Shown: positions 27,640 to 39,200 of the stretch, piece by piece
Numbering within the stretch: the stretch's first letter is position 1
Layout: every line of letters begins with the position of its first letter
Virus record (IMG/VR): IMGVR_UViG_3300005805_000187
Span: 1 to 40,141 of that record
DNA length: 40,141 bases
Origin: a virus
Lineage: Duplodnaviria; Caudoviricetes
Strand: one strand, 5' to 3'
Translations under genes and position numbers: made by a program
Notes under the pieces: generated by a model
The model's input: the letters and a program-made list of their open reading frames with translations, nothing else
Told to the model about the DNA's origin: nothing
The model's database searches: none

Positions 27640-27906
27640 ATGAAATACCATCTATCACAATCTTATGTCTTCTACATGGGAGAAGTGGTGCGTATGTATT
27701 TCATACAGGGTATTCCTTATACATTTGATGAACTTCCTCAAATTATACAGGATCACCCATCAGTTCAAACAGAAGCATTGTCCAATCGTGACTTTGATGA
27801 TGAAGATATGTATTTGGCATCTAATTATTTGGTGACAGAAGCAGCACATCCACTTATGTTTGAACTGGAAGTAGACGATCCAGAACTTTTACCTAAAGAT
27901 GATTGA
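27640..27906 (+). CDS. Conserved cyanophage hypothetical protein
   Basis: ATG 27640 (MKYHLSQ...VRMYFIQGIPYTFDEL); CTAAATA late-like box upstream. Confidence 0.7.
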   Translation: MKYHLSQSYVFYMGEVVRMYFIQGIPYTFDELPQIIQDHPSVQTEALSNRDFDDEDMYLASNYLVTEAAHPLMFELEVDDPELLPKDD

Positions 27907-28399
27907 TGAATTTCGTAATCGCTTAATTGGCACATTTGAGAACAAGCGTCAAGCATTTCGTAATCCTTCGCGGTTTGCGTATGTTAGAATTGTTCACAAG
28001 GATGTAGACGGATCTCTGATCTATGGCGAGCAAGCATATCACTACATGCTACATTCTCCTTATCGGAAGTTTGTCCTGGAACCAGTTGAAGATAACGGAA
28101 GACTAGTAATTAAAAATTACTCAGTCGTTGATCATAATCTTCCTCTTACGAAAGATAATTTATCTTATCGTGATGGTTGTGACATCTATTTTAATCTAAT
28201 TGATGATGTCTTTGTTGGATCCTCAGAAGGATGTAATTGTTATGTCATGAGAGGTGAGAAGAAAACATTCTTCTCTACAAAGACACAACTTGGACCAAAC
28301 TATTATCATGTCATTGATCGTGGTTTTGATCCAGAAACTAAAAAGCAAATCTGGGGAACTGAATATGGTCCCTTTGAATTCTCTAAAGTCTCTATATAA
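27899..28399 (+). CDS. cpcT: T-type phycobiliprotein (bilin) lyase, CpcT/CpeT family
   Basis: F-x-N-x-x-QA-x-x-NP, EQAY...PYR, GC, DRGFDPET-x-x-QIWG and GPFEF motifs. Confidence 0.92.
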   Translation: MIDEFRNRLIGTFENKRQAFRNPSRFAYVRIVHKDVDGSLIYGEQAYHYMLHSPYRKFVLEPVEDNGRLVIKNYSVVDHNLPLTKDNLSYRDGCDIYFNLIDDVFVGSSEGCNCYVMRGEKKTFFSTKTQLGPNYYHVIDRGFDPETKKQIWGTEYGPFEFSKVSI

Positions 28400-28419
28400 T
28401 TTGGAAGGCGGTAAAAGTT

Positions 28420-28890
28420 ATGGACTACCCAGACCCGTATAAACCAGTTCTAGTATTGAATAGTTCTTACGAACCAATCAACATCACAAATTGGAAACGA
28501 GCAATCGTTCTACTTCTCAAAAATAAAGCACATATGCTCTCTAAGAGAGTGATCAGGTTGGTAAATTACATTGCTCTCCCTCTTAAAAAGATGAGAGTAA
28601 CTCAACCAACTCGTAATATGATCTACCAGCGAGACGACAACAAATGTCAGTATTGTGGATCTACTAGACATCTTACGATTGATCATGTAATTCCACGATC
28701 TAAAGGTGGTGGAGATACTTGGGAAAATATGGTGGTGGCTTGTTCCTCATGTAACATGAAAAAGAGTGATAAATATCTTGAACATACTGGCATGAAATTG
28801 ATGAGGAAACCTAAAGCACCAATCAATGCTATGTTCCTAACCTTAGAAAAATCTAAGGATCCGGAGTGGACAGAATACGTCTTCGTATGA
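28420..28890 (+). CDS. HNH endonuclease (McrA-like)
   Basis: VLVLNSSYEP, RD-x-x-x-CQYCG, TIDHVIPRSKGG and WEN-x-V-x-AC-x-x-CN motifs. Confidence 0.93.
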   Translation: MDYPDPYKPVLVLNSSYEPINITNWKRAIVLLLKNKAHMLSKRVIRLVNYIALPLKKMRVTQPTRNMIYQRDDNKCQYCGSTRHLTIDHVIPRSKGGGDTWENMVVACSSCNMKKSDKYLEHTGMKLMRKPKAPINAMFLTLEKSKDPEWTEYVFV

Positions 28891-28896
28891 TATAAT
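28867..28896 (+). promoter_or_regulatory. Putative promoter for the second tRNA block
   Basis: TGGACA-N18-TATAAT with extended -10 (TGA-TATAAT). Confidence 0.55.
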
Positions 28897-28943
28897 ATGA
28901 GAGGGAGTACAAAAGGTCCGAATAGCAGGACGCCCTCTTTCTT

Positions 28944-29015
28944 GCCTAATTAGCTCAGTGGTAGAGCACTCGCCTTGTAAGCGAGCGGTCGTCAGTTCAA
29001 GTCTGACATTAGGCT
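28944..29015 (+). tRNA. tRNA-Thr (UGU)
   Basis: GCCTAAT/ATTAGGC acceptor stem, CT-TGT-AA loop. Confidence 0.95.
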
Positions 29016-29017
29016 CT

Positions 29018-29059
29018 CGCTTTCACATGGACTGGAAATATCTGGTCGTCGTGATAGCG
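29018..29059 (+). ncRNA. Unidentified rod-shaped hairpin RNA
   Basis: CGCTTTCAC/GTGATAGCG outer stem and GACTGGA/TCTGGTC inner stem. Confidence 0.45.
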
Positions 29060-29065
29060 TTTATT

Positions 29066-29156
29066 GTAGGTGCCAAAACCGCTCCTCATCCCGAGTATTC
29101 TGTGGGTGAGTGAATGTAAAGAGTGGGGACATAGGTAAAGTTCCCAACGCCTACCA
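29066..29156 (+). ncRNA. Compact manA-like structured RNA
   Basis: GTAGGTG/CGCCTAC closing stem; GTGCCAAAACCGCTC and AATGTAAAGAG segments recalled from the manA RNA motif; tRNA-cluster context. Confidence 0.65.
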
Positions 29157-29158
29157 TA

Positions 29159-29231
29159 GGGGAATTAGCTCAGTTGGTAGAGCAGCGCCTTTGCAAGGCG
29201 AAGGTCAGCGGTTCAAGTCCGCTATTCTCCA
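29159..29231 (+). tRNA. tRNA-Ala (UGC)
   Basis: GGGGAAT/ATTCTCC acceptor stem with G3:U70; TGC anticodon. Confidence 0.95.
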
Positions 29232-29232
29232 T

Positions 29233-29275
29233 GGGTAGTTTGCGCTGGAGCTGATAATCCAGAATGCCGCTACCC
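29233..29275 (+). ncRNA. Unidentified hairpin RNA with anticodon-like loop
   Basis: GGGTAG/CTACCC and CTGGA/TCCAG stems; loop GCTGATAA. Confidence 0.5.
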
Positions 29276-29280
29276 TTTAA

Positions 29281-29352
29281 TCCTCTGTAGCTCAGCGGTA
29301 GAGCGGTCGGCTGTTAACCGATTGGTCGCAAGTTCGATCCTTGCCGGGGGAG
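29281..29352 (+). tRNA. tRNA-Asn (GUU)
   Basis: TCCTCTG/CGGGGGA acceptor stem, CT-GTT-AA loop, G73. Confidence 0.95.
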
Positions 29353-29369
29353 TTATTTCTTATATAAGT

Positions 29370-29540
29370 ATGAAAATTAATCTTTGGTACTGCGAATCTT
29401 TCAAACAATGGAGGTGGACTCTTACAGATGATCATCGTCCAATTTTGAGGCAAGAATCCGGTCAACGACCATTTCTTCGTGATGCTATGGAAGATATAGC
29501 AAATACTGTTGAATATATGTTAGAAGCTCAACAATCATGA
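29370..29540 (+). CDS. Small hypothetical protein
   Basis: ATG 29370 (MKINLWYC...QWRWTL); the track's start lies inside tRNA-Asn. Confidence 0.7.
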   Translation: MKINLWYCESFKQWRWTLTDDHRPILRQESGQRPFLRDAMEDIANTVEYMLEAQQS

Positions 29541-30253
29541 ATATAGATAATTTTTATTCAGAAAATTCTATTGATGATTGGAAATTAATATTGGGAGAAA
29601 ATCTTCATTATCATGCTGGGTCGCAATCGGATAAAGATATATTTGAGCAAGCAGTAAAAAATCTTTTTTGTTACATACCAAAAAAATCTAAAATTCTGGA
29701 TTGTGGTTGTGGATGGGGAGGACCAGCAAAATTATTGATAAATGAATTGGAGTGCGATGTAACTGGAGTCACAATATCAAAACAGCAGCAAAAATTTATT
29801 GATCAATTTGTAGTTTATTATGCTGATTTAAATCAATACATTCCCCATGAATATTATGATATAGCGTTATTTGTAGAATCATTTTGTCATCTAAAACAAC
29901 CAAAACAAGTACTACATAATTTTAAAAATAAAGTAGGTAAAATAATTATAAAAGATTATCTTTGGGATTTTGATTGGTATAATGATATTTGGGGCATGTA
30001 CATGAGAAGTAAATCATCGTACATAAATTTATTAGAATTTTGCGAATATGAAATCATTTCTATTGAAAATGATAAAACAACGGATATTAAATCTACATGT
30101 AAATATTGGTTTAATAATTTTAAATTGCTAGATAAGAATAAAATTACTGGTCAATTAAAAAATTTGTATAATTTGTGCGCTAGTGTTTTAGCACAAGATT
30201 CTTCAGAAAACAGTTTTATTGATACAGTTGTCATAGTTGCTAGACCAGTATAA
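29537..30253 (+). CDS. Class I SAM-dependent methyltransferase
   Basis: LHYH, ILDCGCGWGG, VTGVTIS-x-x-Q and ESFCH motifs. Confidence 0.88.
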   Translation: MNIDNFYSENSIDDWKLILGENLHYHAGSQSDKDIFEQAVKNLFCYIPKKSKILDCGCGWGGPAKLLINELECDVTGVTISKQQQKFIDQFVVYYADLNQYIPHEYYDIALFVESFCHLKQPKQVLHNFKNKVGKIIIKDYLWDFDWYNDIWGMYMRSKSSYINLLEFCEYEIISIENDKTTDIKSTCKYWFNNFKLLDKNKITGQLKNLYNLCASVLAQDSSENSFIDTVVIVARPV

Positions 30254-30256
30254 ATA
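30249..30256 (+). promoter_or_regulatory. Late promoter
   Basis: Perfect TATAAATA about 30 nt upstream of the giant ORF. Confidence 0.85.
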
Positions 30257-30287
30257 ACTCAGAAGAATTACCAGCAGCGCAATAATT

Positions 30288-33200
30288 ATGTCTCTTACAA
30301 GACTTGATAACCTGTATTCCAGCAAAACAGGAAAATATCTCTATGTCTCTCCTGATGACTTTAACGCTACAGATACCTTAGATAATAGAGGAAACTCTCC
30401 TCTACGTCCTTTTAAGACTATTCAGAGAGCATTCTTAGAGGTAGCACGTTTCTCGTATCAGCCTGGCGCTAATAATGATCGTTTTGATCAATTTAGCATC
30501 ATGCTTATGCCTGGTGATCACTATATTGATAACAGACCTGGACTGGTAAACTACAGTATTGGTGGTAATAATGTAGATAGAAATAGATATTATGATGCTG
30601 GTAATCTGATTGAGTCTAACAAGCAGTTCATCGCATATGAAGCATATGCTAAAATGCTTGATAATAACCCAGGATTCTCTACACCAACTGGGTTAGCAAT
30701 TGATTGTATTGATGATGTACTGGATATTCTTGACGCTGTAATTTATAACATTAAATTTGGCGGTAATGATAAAACTTTTGACGCAGCATTGGTATATCAA
30801 AATGATCCTGACCTGATTGCGAATGAACAGGCAGAATCACTTGAAGTTTATGCTAACGCTCTAGAAATTGTTAAGAAAGTAATTGCTCAGGCACCAGTAG
30901 AAGTACTGTATCAGGATTCATATTTAACTGAACTGAATATTGAAGAACCATTTGTTCAGGAATATGATGGAACAATTTTAACTGGTCCTACTGTTTATGG
31001 TGATTTGGGAATTGATGTTCCTTACGGTCAAGTAGAAACTTGTGCTGATGTGAAATCTGCCATTGATGTTCTTTTTGCTATTATTGAAGATGGTATCAAC
31101 CAGAATCTTGATCTAGAAGATCGTCAGGAACCAGAAACATTTGGTGAATTACCTGTATTCAATTTTGATCAGGAAACTGGTCAATGGAACGATACTTCAA
31201 TCGTTGATCTAAGAAGTCCTGATAACATTTATTGGAAGTTTAATGCTTCTACTGGTGGTGCTATTGTTCCTAGGGGTTGCTCACTGGTTGGTTACGATCT
31301 TCGTAGAACAATTGTAAGACCTCTGTATGTTCCTGATCCTGCTGATTCAAATCAGGGAAGAACATCAATCTTTAATCTAACTGGTGGATGCTACATCTGG
31401 CAGTTTACAATCAAGGACGGAGATCTTTCAAGTAATTCTCCTCTGTTTGATGCTGCTGATAATGTAGGTAAAGTCTACTACCAGAAAGGCAATGTGTCTA
31501 CTCTGGCAGTTCCTGAGTATTCGCACCACAAGATTTGTATCATGGAATATGCTGAGCTGAAAGAGCTTGACGCATATTATGAGAAAGTTGGTATTGCTTT
31601 CTCCAAGTATCAACCAACAATGGATGATGCTGGCGAATTTGATTCTCTGGTTCAGGAGAACAGAATCGTTGGTCCTCTGTCTGATACTAGATCAATTGAA
31701 AGTATTAAGGCAATTGACACAAATCTTGGTCAACCAAATCAAAAATTAGTTCTTCAAGTTACAACTAAAATTGATCACGGTTATTTCAAAGATCAGTATG
31801 TTGCTATTCTGAATACTGGTCTTGATGAAGAAACAAACGGAACATTTAAGGTTGCCAGTATCAGTCAGACAAATCCAAGACTGTTTACCTACGAGATTCC
31901 TGGTAAAGTTGCTGCTGGTCTGGGTCTAACTGCGAACCAAACCTATCAGGTTGGTGCTGGACTGAGCAACAATGCTGTAGCACAGGCAGAGATTGACTCT
32001 GTTGAATCAGCATCGCCATATGTGTTTAACTGCTCTATCCGCTCTACATGGGGTATCTGCGGTATGTGGGCGGACGGTGCGAAGGCAACTGGATTTAAAT
32101 CCATGGTTGTCGCACAGTACACTGGTGTATCACTACAGAAAGACGATAGAGCATTCATTCGCTACGATGAGTTCACTAACACTTGGAATCAGGCATCACT
32201 AAGCGATTCATTTGCCACTGTTCCTTATCACACCAAAGGTGACGCATATTGGAAAGATGATTGGAGAAACTTCCACATTCGTGCTTCTGATGACGCATTC
32301 GTTCAGTGTGTGTCTGTGTTTGCTGTGGGATTCTTTGACCACTTCCTGATGGAGTCAGGTGGTGACATGTCCATCACCAACTCCAACTCAAACTTTGGTA
32401 ATACTTCACTACACTCTGTAGGATATAAAGGATTCTCCTTCAACCAGGATAAAGGTGGATACATCACTGATATTATTCCACCTCAGGAATTGTCTGGTGG
32501 ATATGGTGCGAATCCAAACATTGCTTCAACAAACTCAACTAAGATTCCTTATTATCCAATTGACATTGTAGCGTCAAACGACTTAGATAATAAAACTAAA
32601 TTATTCCTTGGATCTGATTCTGTATATGATCCAGCATCTAGACCAGCTGCTACACTGAATGGATATAGAATTGGTGCTAGACCTGATGAAAAACTATTCC
32701 TGAAATTGGAAGAAGAATCACCAGGATCTGGAGAAAATTTCTCGGCAACTTTAACTCCTACAGGTGTTGAAACATTTACGGTTGGGGTTGATTTCTTAAA
32801 TCCAACAGGAATTTCAATCAATCAGAAGGCACAAGATGCTGCCAACCTCATTAATGTAAACAAGGAGTTTATTCAGGATGAAGTTTATGGATACATCACA
32901 ACAAAGTATCCTCAACTTCTAACAGATCCAGATCTTACAATGTCTCTCTGCCGTAGAGACGTAGGATATTATGTTGATGCTGTTGTTCAAGACCTGAAAC
33001 TTGGTGGAAACATCAACACTATTCAGGCAGCAGAAGCATATTTTGTTGGCGGTCAGTTAACCTATATTCAAAACGAAAGAGATCAAACAATTGATGCTCT
33101 CGGTGTGACTAGAGATCTGTGTATCGCAGCAATGCGTAACTGGGATTATCTGCTAACTGGTTGTTCATCCGTAAACAACAGCAGCATTATCACAGTTCCC

Positions 33201-36200
33201 ACAACACAGGGTCTGGTTGTTGGTATGAAGGTCGCTTCATATAATAGTATCAATCCATCAAATAACTCAGAACCAGCTGGAACACCATCTACCACAATTC
33301 CTGCCAACTCTTATGTTGTTGAAATTATTGATGGAACTTCATTTAAGATTGGTGAAAAGGGAGAATGGAAATTTGGAACCTATTCATATGATCCATCTCC
33401 AACAAACAAAGTAGCAACTCAAACTGTTACTGCTAGTGGACCAGGAACAGGTCTTAAACTGTTCTTTACAATGAGAGATGAAACTGCCTCAACATCACAA
33501 GGAAATGTTGTTGCTGTAAGAGATGGTATTTTCTCGACCAAGAGAACTGTATATGATGACACTGTGATTCAAGATGTCATCAATCTTTCTTCTGGCGAAA
33601 CAGAGTGTAGCGATGTTGAGTCAATTATTGCTGGATATTTTGTTGATATTGCTACTATTCTTTCTGCTCCATTTGGTGAAGATGGTGTTGAACGAATTGA
33701 ACCAGATACAGATTTTTCTGCTCTATCCAAGAGGGCAACTATCTTTACTGTAACTGGTGGAAATCCACATGAGATGGAAACTGGAACTCCTATAAGATTA
33801 GTTCCAAAACCAAGACCAGGAACAAATCCGGATCCAAGAGTTGTTAGACTTCCAAAAGGATTTAATACAAATACTAAGTATTATGTAATTTCACCTGGAA
33901 GAAGAACTTCTCCTGAAGATTATTCTTCCACTACCGCTTTTAATGGTGAGGATCAAACTGTATTTTTACTTGCTTCAACTCTTGAGAACGCAAGAGCTGG
34001 TAATTATATCTATTCTCCAGAAACAGAAGCAATTGATCCAGACGTAATTATTGAAATTAATAAGTATATTATTGATCAATCTTATGATCTGTATCAGTAT
34101 AAAGGAAATGTTGCTATTGGTGCCGGTAGTGGCGTCATTGAAACAGATCTTTCACACTCGTTTGATCTTCCTGTTGATGGAATTGAACCACAGACTGTAT
34201 TCTTCCGTCAGATTGACGTAGATACTCCTCTACCAAGCAGAACTATTCAAATTGGAGCAACTTCTTTCCAAGTTCCCTTAGATCCACAAGATGTATTCTA
34301 TACTCGTTATATTAATAATAACTTGTTCGCCATATATACAACATTTGAAGATGCTAGAGATGATAACAATAGAGTTATTTTAAATGGATCACAGAAGTTT
34401 TTAGTCTTTTCTAACAAAAGATTTTCACCACTTAAATTTGATCCATCACCAATTAGTTACGGTGTCAGAGTTAATCAAACTGGTCAGTGGTATCTACAAG
34501 TTAAAGATGAAACAACTTCACCAACTAATATCGTAAGAAGACTTACAATTCCTGAAGATACTACTTACTCTGGATCTTCTCCATCCGCTACAAGAAGTAA
34601 TGACACATTCTTTGAGCGTGTTAATGATAAGAGAATTGCTGAGGATAGAGTTTATAAACTCAGATATGTAATTCCTAGATATCTTGAAACCGTTAGAGAT
34701 CCTCTGAATGGATTTGTACTTAAAGTCAGAACAGATACTAAGAGAAGACTAAGACCACAGAAATTAGTTCTGAAACCAGTTAATAATAGTTTCCATAGTA
34801 CTAACGAAAGTTATACTTCAACTTCTGTTGCGACTTTCATCAACAATGGCACATTTGATCCAACAGGTGTATTTGTAAATACAGCAGAAAAACTGGGTAG
34901 ATCACAAACCAGTTATACAACTCAGAGTGTAACACCAGTTTACGATCCTTACATTAACCCTAAAATTGTTGAAACTAAAGATGGTAAAATTGCCTTCTCC
35001 ATTCAGGCAGCAAAAGTTGTAACTGAAAATAGAATTGAAGATGGGCAATCTGTAGGATACAAATATCTTGAAGTTGTTGCTTTTGACCATACAATCAACA
35101 ACCAGGCAATCAAAAATGAGAGACTCACAGTTGTTCAAATTACCGCTCCTGATGGTATTGGATTTACCGCAAATGCCACTCAGAATACTCCTAGCAACCT
35201 GATTCAGTGGAGTGGTAATAGTTCTGGCACTGGATACTTACATGGATACTTTACAACATCAAATATAACTGCCAATCCTAAGACCAAAGATCCACAGAGA
35301 TACTATCTAATTATTAAAAATATTACTGATGGGGAAATTAATTTTAACTCCATCATTCCAACAACGTTCTTCCAGGGTGGAACAACTCCAACTGGAGCAC
35401 TTGTAACAGCAGATCTGATTGGAAAACCGGATAGTATTGGAGATCCAAAAGGAAAGAACAAAGCTGCGAGAGAAGATTATCTCTACTCAGTACAAGGATC
35501 TAATGTATATACTCTTGTTCCTGGTGATGTTATCACTGATGACACTGGCAATGACTACTACATTGATTCTGTTGATGATGTTGGCGAAATTGAAGACACT
35601 TTCTATATCTTTGATATTCAAGAGATCAAAGAAAGAATTCCTGGTCAGCAAGATGGTATTTACTATCTGATTTGTCTGAAAGGAAACGTATCACCATATC
35701 CAACTGGTCCTGGTGTTGGTGAGAACTTCAGAAACTTCAAGTTCTCGCAACCAATTTCTTATCTGTACCCACAAGATTACAAGAACGATCCATTCTGGTT
35801 CAAGCAGATTGATTCTAACCTGAATGATCCCCCAGCAACATATTCTGCTGCTGACAACTATGTTCATGGTCTGGTTACAGTCAATGATGCTCGTTACAGT
35901 GAGACTAAGGAAGCAGTCCAATTTATGATTGATAATCCTGTTCTTGCTGAGTACAACTATGATAATGATATTCAGGCAGGAATTGATGCCAGACTGAGAG
36001 CACAGTCTGGCAACGCTGTTGCTGGTGCTGAGGACCGCAAGATTCCTATCAAGGGTATTAATCCGTACCCAACTGATTCCAGACTCTATGTGGAACTTCG
36101 TAGACCATCTATTGCTCGCTCTGGAAACCACACCTTTGAGTATCTTGGATTCGGTCCTGGTAACTACTCAACTGGTTTCCCACTACGTCAGGAAGTTATT

Positions 36201-39200
36201 CTTACCGATAAGCAAGACTTCTATGCCCAGGCAAAGAGGGAAAATGGTGGTATTGTATTCTATACTGGTCTAAATTCCAATGGCGATCTTTATATTGGTA
36301 ACAAGAAAATCAACGGTATTACTGGTGAAGAGTCATTCTTAGAATCAGCAGAATTGATTGGTTCTGGAGATGAGGACGATCAAGTTGGAGATACACTTGT
36401 AACTACATTTGAATCTCCAGTAACCTTTAATAATAAAATTACTGTAAATGGAGCTGCTAATTTTACAAAACCAGTAACAATTGCTGTTGACGCAATTGAT
36501 GCTCTTCCTCCGCAGCAATCACTTAGAATTCAAAGTTTAATTGATTCTGTAAATCTTGGCGAAGACATTACTCTTTCAAGATCTTCATTCTCAAATAGAG
36601 CATTAGGCGACATTACACTGAGTAAAAATAGAATTCAGTCAGCAATTTATGGCATTAATCCTAGAGGAAATACCGCTTTTTCTGGACAGGAATATTCCAT
36701 TAGAACACATTATGCTGTTGAATCTGATGAAAATGGAGCATTTACAGTTCCAAGACCAAGTAATATAACACCAGAACAATCACCATTAATTTTTGATTCT
36801 GGAAATCCACTTTCTTTATCTTCAAATAAATTATTTTCAAATCAACAAGTATATTATGGAAATATTAATAATGTTCCATCTCCCGGAGATTTATTACTTA
36901 AAGGAAAGGAAGTAGGAAAATCTGGATCCTTGGGGTGGATATATGCCAATACATTCTTAGACATTCCTAATAGTCTTATAGAATTGGTAGCAACTCCAAA
37001 GAGAAATGAATTAGACCAATTAGTTATTGGAGCTGGTACTGGACCCGAACTAACCGCAACTAATTTAGTTAGATTAATTTGGAAAACGGTTGATGGAGCT
37101 ACAACTACAAATAATCAAGTATCTCAAAATTATGGATTAACTGTTAATTCTTTAATTCGTATTGTTGGAATAACTGGAGATTTGTCTAATGTTGCTAACG
37201 GAACATTTACAATAAATGATGGAACATTTTCATTAAATTCATCGTTTATTGATATTGAAGTTAATTCAAATATCGCATCCGTTGATATACTAGAAGATTG
37301 GTCCACCTATCAACCAGACGCGATAGTATCAATATCAAATTCTTCTTGGAAAGAAGTTGGCGTAATCGGATCAGAAGCAATTAGAACTGAAACTAATAAT
37401 TTAGGTGAATACAAAGTTGGTATTAACACAGTTGCTAGATCTCCTCATAGTGCTTATTTGTCTGGATTTGTTGATTCTTTAACAACGGATCCAAGAGCAA
37501 ACTTAGATGTTGTTGGTAATATTTTTATTAGTGGAAGAAATATTTCTAACTATAGATCACAATCAAATCCATCTTTAAGAACCGTAACCAATTTAAATAA
37601 TGCTGTTCTTGTTGGAGGAGATGCTTATAATCCAAATAATTCCTCTGTCTTTAGAATTTCAACAACAAATAATGGTCGTGTTGGCATTAATTTGACAAAC
37701 GATCAATTAAATGGAACTGCGGACGCTACAATCTATAATAGAGCATTCTCTGTACAAGGAAGTTCGACAATTAGTGGAAATTTACGGGTTGAGCAAAACG
37801 TAGAAATAAATGGAGCACCAAACTCAACTTATAATGGAACTTATACAACCGCTAATTTAACTTCCAGAGCAACGACATTTAATTTATTGAATACTGCTAC
37901 TGGTAATAATGTAACTACGTTGAATATGGGTGGATCAATGACATCCATTTCGATGTTCCATAATACGACTGGATCGCAGACAATAAACATCGGTACAAAT
38001 GCTGCTAATGATACTTCATCTACAAATACTACAACATTAAATATACACACTTCTTCTCGTAGTTCTATTGTAAATCTTGGAACTGTATCTAACGTTCCTG
38101 GAAATACATCAAGAATTACAATTGGTGGAGCTATCCAAACTAGGAATAATTCTGAATTTTTAATTAAAAACTTTAGAACTACTTTAGAGGGTAAATTAAT
38201 TATTCGTGGTAATGGAAGTGATACTGGAGATGTTGGATATATTGAGTCCGAAGGAGTTCAAACATTTAATATGTTCCCAGAAGGAGTTAAAACTCTTAAT
38301 ATTGGACAGAGAGTAGGAACTCTTAATATTGCTGGATCTTCTGGAACTACTACTATTAGAAACAGTTTAAATGTTAAAGGATCGGCAAAAATTGAATCTG
38401 ATATAACTTTAGATGGTGGATTGAGAAACAGCAGTGTTGGCATTGTAAGAAATGTATTTGGTACTATTTCCGTAATTTCTGCCACTAGAACAAACAATGT
38501 TACAACATTAATTACAGCGTCTCCACATGGATTGAGTAATGGACAACAAATTACGGTTTCTCTAAGTGATGAATCTTTCTCAACCACAGGAACTGTAGTT
38601 GCTACTGTTGTTAACTCAACCACAATTACATATCCCAATTCTGGACTTAATCAATCCACTATTACACTAACTGGAAGAATTTTAACTGGAATTGGAAATA
38701 CACAATCTGTTGGAAATCTTGAAGAGAATAATTTAAACGTCGATTATTACGCAGTTTCCAATCAAATTGCTCCACCTAGAAGAATAAGCACGGTTAACTC
38801 TGAATATAAATTACTGTTTGATTTTAATTATTTTTCCGAGAATGATCCAGTTGAATTTTTAGATGTTGGTAATTTAACATCAGTTGCTGTTGGAACGGTT
38901 TATTATGTTCTTTCTTCTGATGCTACTGGATTGATTTTAAAAACTTCTCTTGGTGGAAATACACCAATAACTATAGGTCTTCAGTCTGGATCAACTGATG
39001 CTGGAAATGCTAGAATGATATTAGCATTTACTTCTGTAGATACGCAAGGAGATTCTCCATGGGGAGGTGCTACATTCTTAAATCCAGATGGTAGTTATAG
39101 ATTGTATGTCAACAATCCTTCGGGACTTGCGGCAAACCAATATATTTTAATTAATACTGAAGTATTATTCATACAATCAGATCCTTCACCTCTTTTCCCA

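Noticed and set aside
28420-28940. HNH plus adjacent RNA as an IscB/HEARO-like RNA-guided system
   Set aside because: The protein is only 156 aa with no RuvC or PLMP motifs, and the neighbouring hairpin is too short for an omega-type RNA.
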